Shown here: in pieces, positions 37,051-50,127 of the stretch | How positions within the stretch are numbered: the first letter of the stretch is position 1 | Layout: each line of letters starts with the position of its first letter | Assembly: GCA_951406725.2 (NCBI GenBank) | Contig: OX597829.1 | Span: 22,134,001 to 22,198,000, forward strand | DNA: 64,000 nucleotides | Reading direction: 5' to 3' | From: Octopus vulgaris | Taxonomy: Eukaryota | Made by a program: the position numbers and the translations under genes | The notes under the pieces: generated by a model | The model's database searches: none | What the model saw: the letters and a program-made list of their open reading frames with translations, nothing else | Told to the model about the DNA's origin: nothing

Positions 37051-38488
37051 GTTCCATGAGGCACCAGCAGGCCTCATGAGACACGTTCGTGTCCATAGAA
37101 CATGATCAACACTTTATTTTACTGAACCCTCATTTGTTGTTCATGATAAGAGAATTCATTGTCATGCATGCATGTGTGTGTGTGTGCATATGTATGTGTC
37201 TGTATATATATGTATCACCACCGTTTGACAACCACTGTTGGTTTGTTATGTCCCCATGACTTAGCAGTTTGGCAAAAGAAATCAATACAATAAGTATCAG
37301 GCTTAAAAAATAAGTACTGAGGTTCATTTGCTTGTCCCAAAAACTTTTTCAAGGTGGTGCCCCAGCATGGCTGCAGTCTAATGACCGAAATAAGTGAAAT
37401 TATAAAAGAATATTGTGGTTTCAATGATTGCACTTTTCACTTTTCTATTTCCATATACTGTTTATAACTTCTAGTTATATGGCTTATTGATAGCAAAATT
37501 TGCTTATTTTAGCAAAATATGTTTTAAAAAATTGATTCAAGCCAGAGTAACCTTGTTTTACCATTTAACTTTTCTGGTAAACAGAGGTACTGAAGCAGTA
37601 TGCTATTCGTTATTAAAAGCTCAACAGCATTTAGTAACTTCTGGGCCTTGATTACAATTCTTAAAGAATTTGAACCACAAGTTCATACTTAACAGGCTGT
37701 ATAATTAAGAAGTTCACTTCACAGTCAAGTGATTTCGGGTTCAATCTAAGTTCTTACTTCTTTGTGAATGAAATTTGGGAGATAGAAACTGTGAAAACAC
37801 GGAGAGGCTGACCCTGTTATTGAGTGGTATACTGACTCCACCATTTGATGTAACACTACTGCCACCACCACCAATACCATCTGGTTCCTGGATGTCTTTA
37901 GGGAAGAGGCTCTCAACTGCAGCTCCTACAGTTATATGCAACCCTCAAGCATCCTTCCAGTGGTCCCTGACAGTTTTCACTCTATAAATATGATAAATTT
38001 TTCTTTAATTGATATATGCTTTAATTTTTTTGGTGCAAGCCCCTAAAAATATTCCAGCTTTTGGATCTAGCTCAGATATTGAAAAAGTAGAGAACCCCTG
38101 CTTTAGTGGGTTATCCTCATACAGGAGCCAAGTCTCTTGGAGGATCTGTGAAAGCCAGTATGCTCTGCTTTTTCCCCTGACTTTAAAAATAAAATTGTTG
38201 AGCCTAGAGAAAGGACTAATGCCCATGGATTTTTTAAATCATCCCAGACAAAGTGAGATCGATGTCATCAATGTTCCTCTCAAGTCAACATAGGCACAGG
38301 CATGGTTGTGTGGTAAGAAACTTGCTTCTCAACCACATGGTTCCAGGTTCAGTCCCACTGCGTGGCACCATGGGCAGGTGTCTTCTACTATAGCCTAAGG
38401 CCAACCAAAGCCTTGTGAGTGGATTTGGTAGATGGAAACTGAAAGAAGCCCGTTATGTGTGTGTCTATGTATATATATATATATATAT

Positions 38489-39112
38489 CATCATCATCAT
38501 CATCATCATCATCATCGTTTAACGTCCGCTTTCCATGCTAGCATGGGTTGGACGGTTCAACTGGGGTCTGGGAAGCCCGAAGGCTGCACCAGGCCAGTCA
38601 GATGTGGCAGTGTTTCTACAGCTGGATGCCCTTCCTAATGCCAACCACTCCGAGAGTGTAGTGGGTGATTTTATGTGCCACCGACACAGGTGCCAGACGA
38701 GGCTGGCAGACGGCCACGCTCGGATGGTGTTTTTTATGTGCCACCGACACAGGTGCCAGACGAGGCTGGCAGACGGCCACGCTCGGATGGTGTTTTCTTA
38801 TGTGTCACCGACACAGGTGCCAGACGAGGCTGGCGGACGGCCACGCTCGGATGGTGTTTGTTACGTGCCCTCAGCACGGAGGCCAGTCATTGCGGTACTG
38901 GCTACGGTCACGTTCGGATGGTTTTCTTATGTGCCACCGGCACTGGTACCACAAGGATACAAATTCCATTGATGTTCATCTATTTTGATTTGGTTCGATT
39001 TGATTCGATATGATTCGATTCGATTCTCACTTGCCTCAACAGGTCTTCACAAGTGTCACAAGAAGGAAGGTATGCACAGGTGGACTGACTACGTCCCAGG
39101 TAGGGGCCACGG

Positions 39113-39115
<3 letters not shown>
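38489..39115 (-). mobile_element. Family C long young copy
   Basis: (CAT)n tail, conserved block, internal tandem units and (GATTC/T)n; inserted in the (TA)n of SINE A. Confidence 0.88.
38671..38860. repeat. Three tandem 63-64 bp units within family C
   Basis: TTATGTG(C/T)CACCGACACAGGTGCCAGACGAGGCTGGC(A/G)GACGGCCACGCTCGGATGGTGTTT starts at 38671, 38734 and 38798. Confidence 0.95.
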
Positions 39116-39157
<42 letters not shown>

Positions 39158-39405
39158 CACACACACACCATCACTCCACAATTGATGTTGGTGTGTTTAT
39201 GTCTCCGAAACTTAGCAGTTCAGCAAAAGAGACTGGTAGACTGGCGTAATAAGTCCCAGGGTCGATTTCTTTGACTAAAGGTGGTGCTCCAGCGTGGCTG
39301 TAGTATTGCTGCAGCCTTGCCATTTCTTTTAAACACCTAAACACCTCATGTAACATTGCCATTACTTTTTGTCTAAATTTTTAGAAACGATATTTACTCT
39401 ATGTT

Positions 39406-39464
<59 letters not shown>

Positions 39465-39470
<6 letters not shown>

Positions 39471-39822
39471 AACATCCACAGTTGCATGTTTGTATGAGTT
39501 GAATGGAATTTATTGTGGTAGATTTTCTGTAGCCTCCTCCTGTCGCCAACCTTCACCTGTTTCTCCTTATGACCAGATATGTTTCCATGAAAGTTTGGTG
39601 ATGAAGGACACTTCTTGCATGATAGCGAATGTTCATATACAACTATCATGTGAATTGAATGCAAAGGGACAGTGGCACACACACAAACACACAAAAGGCT
39701 TCTTTCAGTCAGCCTATGGCCATAGTAGAAGACACTAGCTCAAGTCATCATGCAGTGGGACCGAACCTCAAACCACATGGTTGAGAAGCAAACTTTCTGA
39801 CCACACAGCCATGCCTGCACCT
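39465..39822 (-). mobile_element. SINE family A variant with RTE-type 3' end
   Basis: Reverse complement of the 31271-32025 type. Confidence 0.75.
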
Positions 39823-39840
39823 ATATATATGTGTGTGTGT

Positions 39841-40137
39841 GAGGGTGCATGCCTTGGTGGTTAGGGTGTCACACTTGTGATCACAAGATTGTGGTTTCTA
39901 TTCCTAGACTGGGTAGTGCATTGTGTTCTTGAGCAAAACACTTCATCAAGCATTGCTCTATGATCATTTTAATACCTGATACTTGGTACACCATGCATCT
40001 GTTCAGACAACATCAATTTGATGGAAAGAATAAGCTAATGTATGGCACGAACATTTGATCACTATGAATGAATCATTTGTGCAGATCATTCAGGAAAAAG
40101 CTGAATGCTCATACATCATCTTCGACTGGATAGTCCA
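39841..40137 (+). mobile_element. SINE family D
   Basis: Homologous to 26186-26460. Confidence 0.75.
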
Positions 40138-42046
40138 TCATATATATGTATAATGAAACAGAATCCAAGGTGACTTTTGGCTTGTGCCAGCAAGACTTGT
40201 ATTGCTTAGTAAAATATAAAAAAAATAAATAAATAAACAAAAAAGCAGAGTGAACTTGCTGTGAGGAGTGGCAAATCCGGTGTTCTTCAGGAAAAAACTA
40301 ATAGGAATGCAATTACAAAGAGTTAACAAAGTTTTACATCCTTTATGTTTGAGTGACTGGCTGCAACTGATAAGGAATGCAGGACCATAGGAGCTTCATA
40401 TGTGGACAGGAGGTAGTAAGAGCGAGAGAGAGAGAGAGAGAGAGCGAAACTGAATGAGAGAGATAGAAGAAAAAAAGGAATGAAGTGGGGAGGAGAAATA
40501 GGTGTCAAGTGAAAAGGTAGCAAAATTCTTTAATTGCAAAGATTTTTTTTCTCTGCTTGAAGTTTGATATTTTTGAGGTAAATTACCTCAAAAATATAAA
40601 TATAAATTATGAAATTAGATCCCAAGACAGAGGACATTAGCATCCTGTTCAGGTGTTGACAACTCGAATGGAGTACAGAATGTGCCAAAGTTGGACTGCC
40701 CAACCTAAAACTAGATGTCTGAACACCCTAATTCTTTGTATTTTATAGGTATTTAGATGACAGTTGGGGGCTGGGGGACATTCTCAAGGATTTATGGAAC
40801 CATTTGAGATGTTAATGCAAAACAAATTTTAAAATGTAAAATATTAAACTAAATGAAATTCAAGATGAAAACTATTTAAAACAATTGAGATTTCTTTGTT
40901 CTTTTATAACATTTATTCATTCACTAGTCATTCTCATTAAATAGTCTTATTAATAATAATTTCTATGTTACCCTGCCACAATTACTGTAGTATTTTTTTC
41001 TTTTTAATTTCTTTTCCAACCCCCTTCATTTTATTGTGAACAAACATCAAAATGTAGTGCCCCTTTTCTTTTAACTCCATTTTTATGTTAACCACTTGAA
41101 AAAATAGCTATAGTTATAACGAGGTTGAATTTCACTTAAGCTGTTGTCACTCATTAAGCTGTTGTCACTCATTATCTGTATCTCGATATGTGACCCACAA
41201 TATACCATTTCTACACATGGACACTACACAGCCAGGATACTTATTTCAACACAAATTTCTATCTCACCTCTTATTTGTTCTATCAATAATGATTTTATAC
41301 TTAAAATGGCTTTTGAATTTCAGTTTCCTTTTAATCGACTTTGGTTAATATGATTATACTGATCAAAGTCAATTTAATTTTAACATTTTACATTTATTAA
41401 AGATTCACCTAATTAAAGGGTTTAATTTTTGTACTGATTGGAAAAATAAGTCATGTGAAATAATGTGTCAGATCTATCTCATTTAAATGTAATAAATAGG
41501 TTACTGTGACCTATTACACAAATTTTTCAGTATCTTATTTTATTGTATCACAATATGTTTATATTATTGCTAGAAATATAGTATATAAAATAAAAGAAGT
41601 AGGTTAATGAATATATTAGTAGTATATTTTTTATAATTTTCTGGCTGTTTTCTTTTAATTAATGCATTGCAAAACTTAGGTTAGACAACCTATATGCATG
41701 GTACTTTTTGGGTTTGTAGGCATAGTTTTCTTAGTAAAATTGTTCTGAGTTAACTATGAAGACTAAAAACTTTTTAATTTATAAATATATTAATAGAATA
41801 AAAAAAAATTAATGAATGATAATTGAATTTATCAATTTGGAGACGCATTCTTTTCATGATAATAATAATAATTGTGTAATCATTTGCCAAAAGTATTGTA
41901 AATTATGAATCAACAATAAAAAAAGATTTTGCGATTTTTGTTCATGAAATGAAAGGGGAATATTTTATAAAACCGTATTTTGGGTTTTTTTTTATCATTT
42001 AATTTCTTTGGGATTGAATTATAATTTTTGTAATTATATGATCAGA

Positions 42047-42098
<52 letters not shown>

Positions 42099-43037
42099 AA
42101 GTTTCCAGGAGAATAGCACTTTTTCAAAAATTAAATCACTTAGGAAAATAGTTTTTCGTTTAGCAGATCATAATTACTCTGCTTGAAATTTCTTTGTATT
42201 TTTCAAATTTTAATAGCATGTGATATGTATTGTTGTATCAACATTTTTCAAATTATTGATAGTTTTTTTTTTATTATTCTCATCATAATTATTTTATGTT
42301 ACATGCTTTTTAGATTATGATTATTTAGAGGTAGAATGATGTGAACACTAACTCCTTGTTCACAAAGTACCCACCGTGAGACATAAAGTGGAACATACCT
42401 TTCATAAAACAACTTCTTTTGAGGCTAACTTTTAGAATCTAAAATGTTTTATTGATTATGTTTCAGATGGGAAGGTTTCGATGACTTTGTTTTTGCTTTC
42501 AAATTTTTCTTTTGTGATATTTCATAAGAATGTTTTAATGAGAATTGATTTTAAAATATTCCATTGATGATGGAATCATTGTCTAGCTTAATTTGATTTT
42601 TATTCGTCCAAGGGCTGAGTGGTTGGAAGAAAGGGAGTAGTGCCTTTCAGATTTGTGGAGATAAAAGGGATGGGATAGTTGGGTTAATAATATTCAGTGT
42701 GAATTAATGAATTTTAGTGGTTGGACAGAAAAACATAGTTGAGAGGCTTGCTTCTTAGCCCTGGGGTCTTGGGTAAGTACCTTCTACTGTAGCCCCAGAT
42801 TAACCAAAGCCTTAGGAATGGATTTAGTTGATGAAATTTGTTAAGGCAGATTTTCTATAGCCAGATGCCCTTCCTGTTGTCATTATCACCTGCTTGCAAA
42901 GCTAGGTAATAATTCCACAGGGCCAGACATTTTTCAAAGAAGACTGAAAACAGTTTCATTTGTATGACAGTACAGCCTGTCCACAATCATCACATGATGT
43001 CAAGGGGACACATAAACACAAGCATACTTATACACAC

Positions 43038-43089
<52 letters not shown>

Positions 43090-43499
43090 ATATGTATGGT
43101 TGTTCATGAACATCACTGCCATATTAGTGACACTGTTTGTTTCCAGTCTTCCATGAAAAGGTAAGTATTACTTTGTTTGTGAACAGGTGACAGTTGGCCA
43201 CAGGAAGAGCATCCAGCTGAAGAAAATTCACCTTAGCAAATTCTGCCTTTATATATGCAAGTATGTAAAAGTGGATGTTATTCTATTTAATGTTGACTGT
43301 CAGGAAGAGGTAGTTTCCGATACCATAATAGAAAGTAAAAGTTTTTTTTTTGGGGTCAAATTGGTTTCTTGTTTCTCTGAGTGTTACCTGCAATAAGTGT
43401 GAGTATTTGAGAGGGAAATATGTTGAATAAAATCATAAACAACTGATCCTCCTGTATTTTCTTTTACTCAAAACCAGGAACTTTTCAGTACCTTTTCAT

Positions 43500-43960
43500 A
43501 TATGGAACAAACACCGGTGGCAGGCTGTAAAAAGGAAATTAAGTCACCCCTTCTGTCCTTAAACTGAAGTGGTGCCTTATGCATGTGATAGTGACCCCTT
43601 AGCTTCCCATGCCAGTGATACAGTGAGGACATTGGCAGCAGGACATTGAATATCTGACAAGGCAAAGGAGTTCTACACCACTGACTTAAAGGTTATTGTG
43701 GCTTAACAGAAGATCTGTACCATCAGGCAACAGTTGGACGTCAGCTAGCAAGTGAAGTGCTACAGCAGGGCAGTCACATTGTTAACCATGTTTGTTGCAC
43801 TCTTGAACATAACTTGGTACTTGGCATGGAGGCCCAGGAGGCAGCCTGGTGGTGATAGGAGAATGATACCAACTGCCTTAAGCACCTTTCAAAGGTATTT
43901 TGTTCTGCAAAAGTCTGAACAGAAAAGTCAGTATTTACCTATGATGGACAATCACTGGTA
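43500..43960 (-). mobile_element. Heavily decayed RTE/BovB-like RT fragment
   Basis: Minus-strand remnants LSIIGK and QCP...GSL...GTTS match the spacing of RT subdomains; many stops. Confidence 0.4.
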
Positions 43961-44048
43961 TATATATGTACATACGTACACAAACACACATACATGTATA
44001 CATACATACATATATATATATACACATACACATATATATACATACACT

Positions 44049-44090
<42 letters not shown>

Positions 44091-44229
44091 GTGTCAAGAA
44101 GAAGACCCAAAGGTGTCAGGTAATGCTGATTAAGTGCTATGGACAGACTATAGTTAAGCTCCAGGTTCAGTGATTATGTGAATGAGGAGTCCAATGCAGG
44201 TCATATATCGGCATGCGTATATATAAAAA

Positions 44230-44853
44230 AATTAATAGAATGAGATAAAAATCCAAGGCTGTGAAAGATTTCAGAACATTTATAAAAAGGTCTAGCAGCT
44301 GTTTCCAGGATATTTTATATATCCCTTCATGGGAGATGGTGTGAGAAAATGGATAAGCAATAGTTATTCTGGATAAGATATGAAATAGTGAGTGAAGTGG
44401 AGGAATGAAAACAGACGTGAGATATGCAGGGATATTGTATCTGCAGTTCTATTATTTAGGCAGAATGGTATACATATAAGTTTCCTGTACCTTGTGTGTG
44501 AGTTCCAATAGTATTTAAAATTGGTCATTCCAAGCATAGAGTTTGTATATGGTGGATTCAATAACACTCTGCAAACTCTATGCTTGGAACTTACACAAAA
44601 GGTACAGGAAACTTATAATGTAAACTAAATAATGGAACTGCAGATACAATATCCCTGCATATCTCATGTCTGTGTTCATTCCTCCACTTCACTCTCTATT
44701 TCATATCTTTTCTAGAATAACTATTGCTTATCCATTTTCTCACATTGTCTCTGATGAAGGAATATATAAAATATCCCGGAAACAGCTGTAAGACCTATTT
44801 ATAAATGTTCTGAAATCTTTCACAGCCTTGGATTTTTATCTCATTCTGTTAAT

Positions 44854-44854
<1 letters not shown>
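44230..44854. mobile_element. Palindromic hammerhead-bearing element (~625 bp)
   Basis: AATTAATAGAATGAGATAAAAATCCAAGGCTGTGAAAGATTTCAGAACATTTATAAA... is mirrored at 44798-44854; arms pair to ~44545/44571 with two arm-specific indels; TA repeats on both sides. Confidence 0.92.
44747..44794 (+). ncRNA. Minimal type I hammerhead motif
   Basis: GTCT-CTGATGA (44751-44757)-AGGAATAT/ATAAA/ATATCCCG-GAAA (44779-44782)-CAGCTG-TA (44789-44790)-AGAC. The mirror copy at ~44290-44337 is mutated in the core (CCCATGA, CT). Confidence 0.8.
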
Positions 44855-44903
<49 letters not shown>

Positions 44904-44909
44904 TATATA

Positions 44910-45127
44910 TGAGGTGGGCCAGAAAAGTTCCTGGCTTTAAGGATATTGTGAAAGGCCTGGTTGGAGGCCCAACCTTCTTAGTTCTTTTGCAGGGCTTAGG
45001 AAAACTGAAGGATCACTGCAGTTAAGTGTGTGAATATGGGAAGGGAATATGTTGAACAAAGTCACAGTAAACTAATCATCCTGAATTTTCTTTTACCCAA
45101 AGCCAGGAACTTTACAGCACCGCGTCA
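44910..45127. mobile_element. Tc1/mariner-type MITE
   Basis: TA flanks; imperfect TIR TGAGGTGGGCCAGAAAAGTTCCTGGCTTT / AAAGCCAGGAACTTTACAGCACCGCGTCA. Partial copies at ~43385-43500 and ~62850-63022. Confidence 0.75.
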
Positions 45128-45647
45128 TATGCACACATCCACATACACACACACACACTGATTAGAGATAAGAAGAACAGTGTTAATTGTTTGTTATTTA
45201 TAAGTGTAGTGGTGATGTGGGTGGGTATGATTTTTTTTATTAATGTTGTGTACTAGCTGCATCTTTTTTTTTTTTGTGTGTGTTTTTTTTAAAAATTAGA
45301 CTTTACTGTTTACTCCTATATTGCAGGATACTTTTGTTGTTGAGATATTGCTCATGGAAGACGTATTTGTTTTATTTGTTCTTGAAAGCAAGAAATATAA
45401 TGAAGTTATCTCTGTAGGAATGTTTCCTTCAAATTTTCCTTAAAAAAGAAGAAAAAAAAAATCTTTAGAAATCGAAATTTTCTGTTCGTAAAGAATGCAC
45501 ATTTTCCAAACCTAGAAACAAAATTATTTCTGGCAGTTTGAATTTCCTAGAATGATTTTATTGTTATTGTTTATTTTTAGCAAATACACTTAGAACAAAT
45601 TTAGTACTTAATGAATGTTTGGTGTATATAAATTTTGTATCAATATA

Positions 45648-46063
45648 GGCGCAGGAGTGGCTGTGTGGGAAGTAGTTTGCTAACCAACCACATGGTTCCG
45701 GGTTCAGTCCCACTGCGTGGCATCTTGGGCAAGTGTCTTCTGCTATAGCCCCGGGCCGACCAATGCCTTGTGAGTGGATTTGGTAGACGGAAACTGAAAG
45801 AAGCCTGTCGTATATATGTATATATATGTTGTGTGTGTGTTTGTGTGTCTGTGTTTGTCCCCCTAGCATTGCTTGACAACCAATGCTTGTGTGTTTAAGT
45901 CCCCGTCACTTAGCGGTTCGGCAAAAGAGACCGATAGAATAAGTACTGGGCTTACAAACGAATAAGTCCCGGGGTCGAGTTGCTCGATTAAAGGCGGTGC
46001 TCCAGCATGGCCGCAGTCAAATGACTGAAACAAGTAAAAGAGTAAAAGAGTAAAGAGTAAGAG
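45648..46063 (+). mobile_element. SINE family A, young full-length copy
   Basis: Near-identical to 19732-20143. Confidence 0.92.
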
Positions 46064-46064
46064 T

Positions 46065-46645
46065 GGGTTCAGTCCCATTGCTTCGCACTTTGGGCATGCA
46101 TCTTCTTCTATAGTTTTGGGCTGACCAAAGCCTTGTGGTGAATAGATTTGGTAGACAGAAACTGAAAGAAGTTCTTCATATATCTTATGTGTGTGTGTTT
46201 CTGTCTGTCCCCCTTCTCCGCTTGACAACTGGTAGTCGATGTGGTTAATCCCTGTAACTTAGCAGTTCAGCAAAAGAAACTGACAAAATAAGTACCACAC
46301 TTAACCCTTTCATTACTGTATTTATTTTGAGATTTTCTTTGTTTCTTTCAATTAATTTTAAATGCAACCAAGGATTTAGTAAAATAACTTAGTTATCATT
46401 AAGCTAGTGTTAGGAACATAATTTGTGGCTGAGGTTTGTTGGAAGATTTTAATTCAAAACTTTTGAAAACAAGACATTTGTACTACAGAGCTGAGGCAGT
46501 TTCAGCCGGGTTGGTATCAAAAAGGTTAAAAGGTGAAAAAAAAGTACTGGTGTTGATTTGTTGGACCAAAACTCTTCAATCAAAATTCTTCACTTGGTGC
46601 CCCAGTATGGCTGCAGTCTAATGACTGAAAGAAGTAAAAGATATA
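46065..46645 (+). mobile_element. Older SINE family A copy containing a nested MITE
   Basis: Starts at the B box GGGTTCAGTCCC, is interrupted at a TTAA, and resumes with AAGTACTGGTGTTGATTTG...ATGACTGAAAG. Confidence 0.8.
46301..46529. mobile_element. piggyBac-type MITE family 2
   Basis: TTAACCCTTTCATTAC...GTATCAAAAAGGTTAA. Confidence 0.9.
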
Positions 46646-48983
46646 AATAAAACTTTTCTAAAATGATAATAAGGGCTTACTTGCTCTTAGTGATTGCTAA
46701 GAAAGAAACTGAAGAATGTTAATGATGTGGAGATGATAAAAATACAAAGACGGCTGCAGGTTCTTTTGACAATGAGTTGCTTGGATGTAGAAAGCATCAA
46801 AGATGTCTTGATCATTTTTCAATTTTCGCTAATGTTTGACTTAGTTGCACATTCATCTGTTACAGGATAAAGAAGCACTAGAGAGTAATTACACATACCA
46901 CAAGGTACAAGTTTTAGGAAGTTTATGCAAGATGGGTTTAGTTTATATAGAGCTATGCTCATTATAGTTTTAAGAAAGTTATCTAAGAATAAACTATAAC
47001 TTGTATTTATTTATTTACAGACAACTTTTCACTTTCTTTTTTTTACTGTGTATTAAAGGGCCAAAATGTTGGTTGAATGGTCCTTGAGTATAGATGAAGC
47101 CATATAAATAAGAGTATTAAAACTCAGAAATAGCAAAAATGAAATCCATAAGTGGCCATCCATTAAGACTCAAAATTTTCTTTTTTATCCAAGTTCAGGA
47201 CTTCTGTATGTTAACTTGTTTCTCTGGTAAAATCTACTGTAGAAAGGTAGTTAGCTCAGTGTAGATGGCATTTCCAAATTCAAAGTACTAGTTAGAATGG
47301 AGAGGCTTAGTAATATTTGAGGAATGGTCTTGCTTAGTAAGGAAGTTGATAGGAAATAGTTCCTAGTACTAGTGTGTCTGATGAGCTTATGAGGGATGGG
47401 GCTCATGGTTGATTGATCTGCTACAAAAAGCAGCCAAATTTCCATCAAAATATGTCTTGCCATCTAGGATTATATTATATTATTCAATAAGGCTGAGTAA
47501 AAGATGAGGTAGTCAAGGCTGGAATGCCTTTGATCAAAGGCTTGACATTAAATAACAACTAGTGTAGTTGGTAGGAGATCCAGCTTTGGAAAACTCAGAA
47601 GGCTTTCTGTAAGTAAAGAACAGATTTTACTACCTGCATATACTGCTATTATGTAATTGTAAATAGAACCAGAAAACAATTTGGCCCAGATGTTTAGATG
47701 TCTTAAATGCTTTTGAACTGGAATTGTTCACAGTATAGTAGCACAAGCTGGTGAACTGTTTTAAAGTGTCTTGGGCAGGTTATCCTTTTAGATGGTTGCT
47801 AGCTGAGACTGGCAAAACAGTTAATATTTTTTAACCCCATAGATATGTTGTGGCAAAAAAAGCACACTAGTTATTGTGACACAGGAGCTGCTCGGTGTCA
47901 GTCTGAGTCTGGAATTCATTGACAGTGGAGACCCTTGCTTAATATCGAATGTTTAGCTTCAAAAAATGGCATATAAGGACTGGGGTAGAGTCACAGCATC
48001 ATGTGGGGCTAGTTAGATTAGATCAGGCTTTGATGTTTGAGATGATGTCTGAATAAAAGCTGATTGAATTGGTGGGTGAAAAGGGCTCTGAAAGGTGTAA
48101 TGATGGGGTGAAGAGAGAAGGACATTGGTCTGCTAAACATCAGTGTTAAAATGTAACGAGAACAAGTGGATCTGATGGTAGTAGACATTTAGACTAGAAA
48201 TGAGGGTGAGAATACATTGAAGTGGAAGGTTTATGACAAGTTTATGAGTTGAAGTGGAAGCAGAAATGGCATGGGATAAGTCTGTGACTGAGGCAACAAA
48301 CAAAAAGAGAACCATGTTGCTGGAATAGTTTCTTTTATTAGAAAAAAATAAATGTAGAGTGATCCAAGAATATGTTGTGGGTACCTTATGTGAGACTTTT
48401 TATCAAAAGTAGTAGATTTATATTATCTTTTTTTTTTTAAGGTAATAAGGAATAAATTAAGTAAGATTTAGTTGCTCTTTCTACCACATTGAGCAACTGT
48501 ATAATCCTAGACTAATAACTACGAACCATTTTAAAAGCCTGTACAATATTTTAATTTATTTAATAGACTTATTAGAATGTCACCTACATGTAGACTTCTT
48601 TAGTTTTAGATGAATGTTTATAGAATAAGTTGTGAAGCAGATTATAGAGGAGTTTCAGATAGGTGATAGAAGCTTGGTGTAGGAAAATGAAAATCCCATG
48701 GTAATATGTATAACTTATGCCATGTCTTTAGTGATAAGGTTTCAGTTTATGACCTTATTATCAGTAGTCCAGTGTGTATAATTGTACCTTGAGTTAACCA
48801 GCATTATCTACTACCATTTAATAAGTGAGCAAAAACATCTAAAAAAAATTTAAACACAATATGTATTATTTTGATGACATCATTGATAGTGTATTGTGCA
48901 CAACAATTGAGTTGTAACAGGCCTATCACTAGTAATCTAGCCTGTTTTCTAATGAGTCAACTCAACCCTTGGTTCCCTTGTTA

Positions 48984-49213
48984 TTGACCTTTTAGCATTC
49001 ACATTATCATGTCAAAAGTAGTGCTCTTTTTTATTCACACTGTTTTGAATTAATAACGTGTTATCATGTAACTGTGCGATTTCAATGATGTCACTGTTTA
49101 TTTTTAGAATGGTATTGTAGGGTTGGTGTGAGAAGCCAGATTTGGTCAATTTCAACATAAAACAGGAAGAATATTTGGGCCAGATATGGCCCATTTAAAT
49201 GCTAAAGGGTTAA
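48984..49213. mobile_element. piggyBac-type MITE family 1
   Basis: TTGACCTTTTAGCATT...AATGCTAAAGGGTTAA. Confidence 0.88.
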
Positions 49214-49896
49214 TATTCACTTGTTCATATGTTTTGATAATATAATGTATCTTTGGTTATAACACTTTACTAATCCTACATTGATTTTGAACTTGGAGGG
49301 TTTTCTAGCTCCAACATAAGAGGCTTGAAAATTTGTAAATCTCTTGATGGGTATAAAATCTGTCTGTATGAATTTTTTAAAAAATTAATTGCTAAAGCGA
49401 TGCTTTTAATATCTTATTAAATTTAATCTGTGTAAATATATATTAATCTGAATTAAGTTAATTTGTTTCCTAGTAATTAATCTCTGCTTAAGTGTTTTAC
49501 TAGATTAAGAATTAAACTATAATGATTAAATCTATCTCTAGACACAGCTAATTGGCAAGGAAAGTGGTGGACTGTTGGATAGAATATTTTATACTACTCA
49601 TTTACATTTTGAGTTGAAATCTGGAGATTTAGTTTGGATAGGTCTTTGTTTTATCATCTTCTTTGAGATAGTTTCCAAATTTTGAAATTAGCTTTCATCA
49701 CACCTCTTCCTGTTTTCTCCAGTATTCCTCTGCCACAATTTTCTTTCTCTTGAATCTCCTGGCACTTCTCTGCATATGTTATTAACCAAAAGCATTATGC
49801 CCTCATTACATATTTTGCACACTACAGCTGTTTTTTCTTATATCCAGATTTTCTCTCTGCTTATTGGTACTATGTCACTCATCATCACCACCATCT

Positions 49897-50127
49897 GTTT
49901 CTTTACTACCCACAAGGGGCTAAACATAGAGGGGACAAACAAGGACAGACAAACAGATTAAGTCGATTACATCGACCCCAGTGCGTAACTGGTACTTAAT
50001 TTATCGACCCCGGAAGGATGAAAGGCAAAGTCGACCTCGGCGGAATTTGAACTCAGAACGTAACGGCAGACAAAATACGGCTACGCATTTCGGCTGGCGT
50101 GCTAACGATTCTGCCAGCTCGCCGCCT
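49897..50127 (-). mobile_element. tRNA-derived SINE family B, young copy
   Basis: Minus strand GGCGGCGAGCTGGCAGAATCGTTAGC...GAGTTCAAATTCC, CpG-rich; TCATCATCACCA duplicated on both sides (inserted in a family C tail). Confidence 0.9.

Larger units (their letters stand above)
38292..39300 (+). mobile_element. SINE family A split by a family C insertion
   Basis: Head 38292-38470; 3' half resumes at ~39180 (GATGTTGGTGTGTTTATGTC). Confidence 0.8.

Noticed and set aside
38535-39013. Overlapping 107-145 aa ORFs with repeated peptides; superficially CRISPR-like periodicity
   Set aside because: They arise from tandem units in a SINE-like element. There are no unique spacers or cas genes, and the context is eukaryotic.
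47030-48330. Possible decayed LINE endonuclease region on the minus strand
   Set aside because: The composition is suggestive but no diagnostic motif could be read with confidence.
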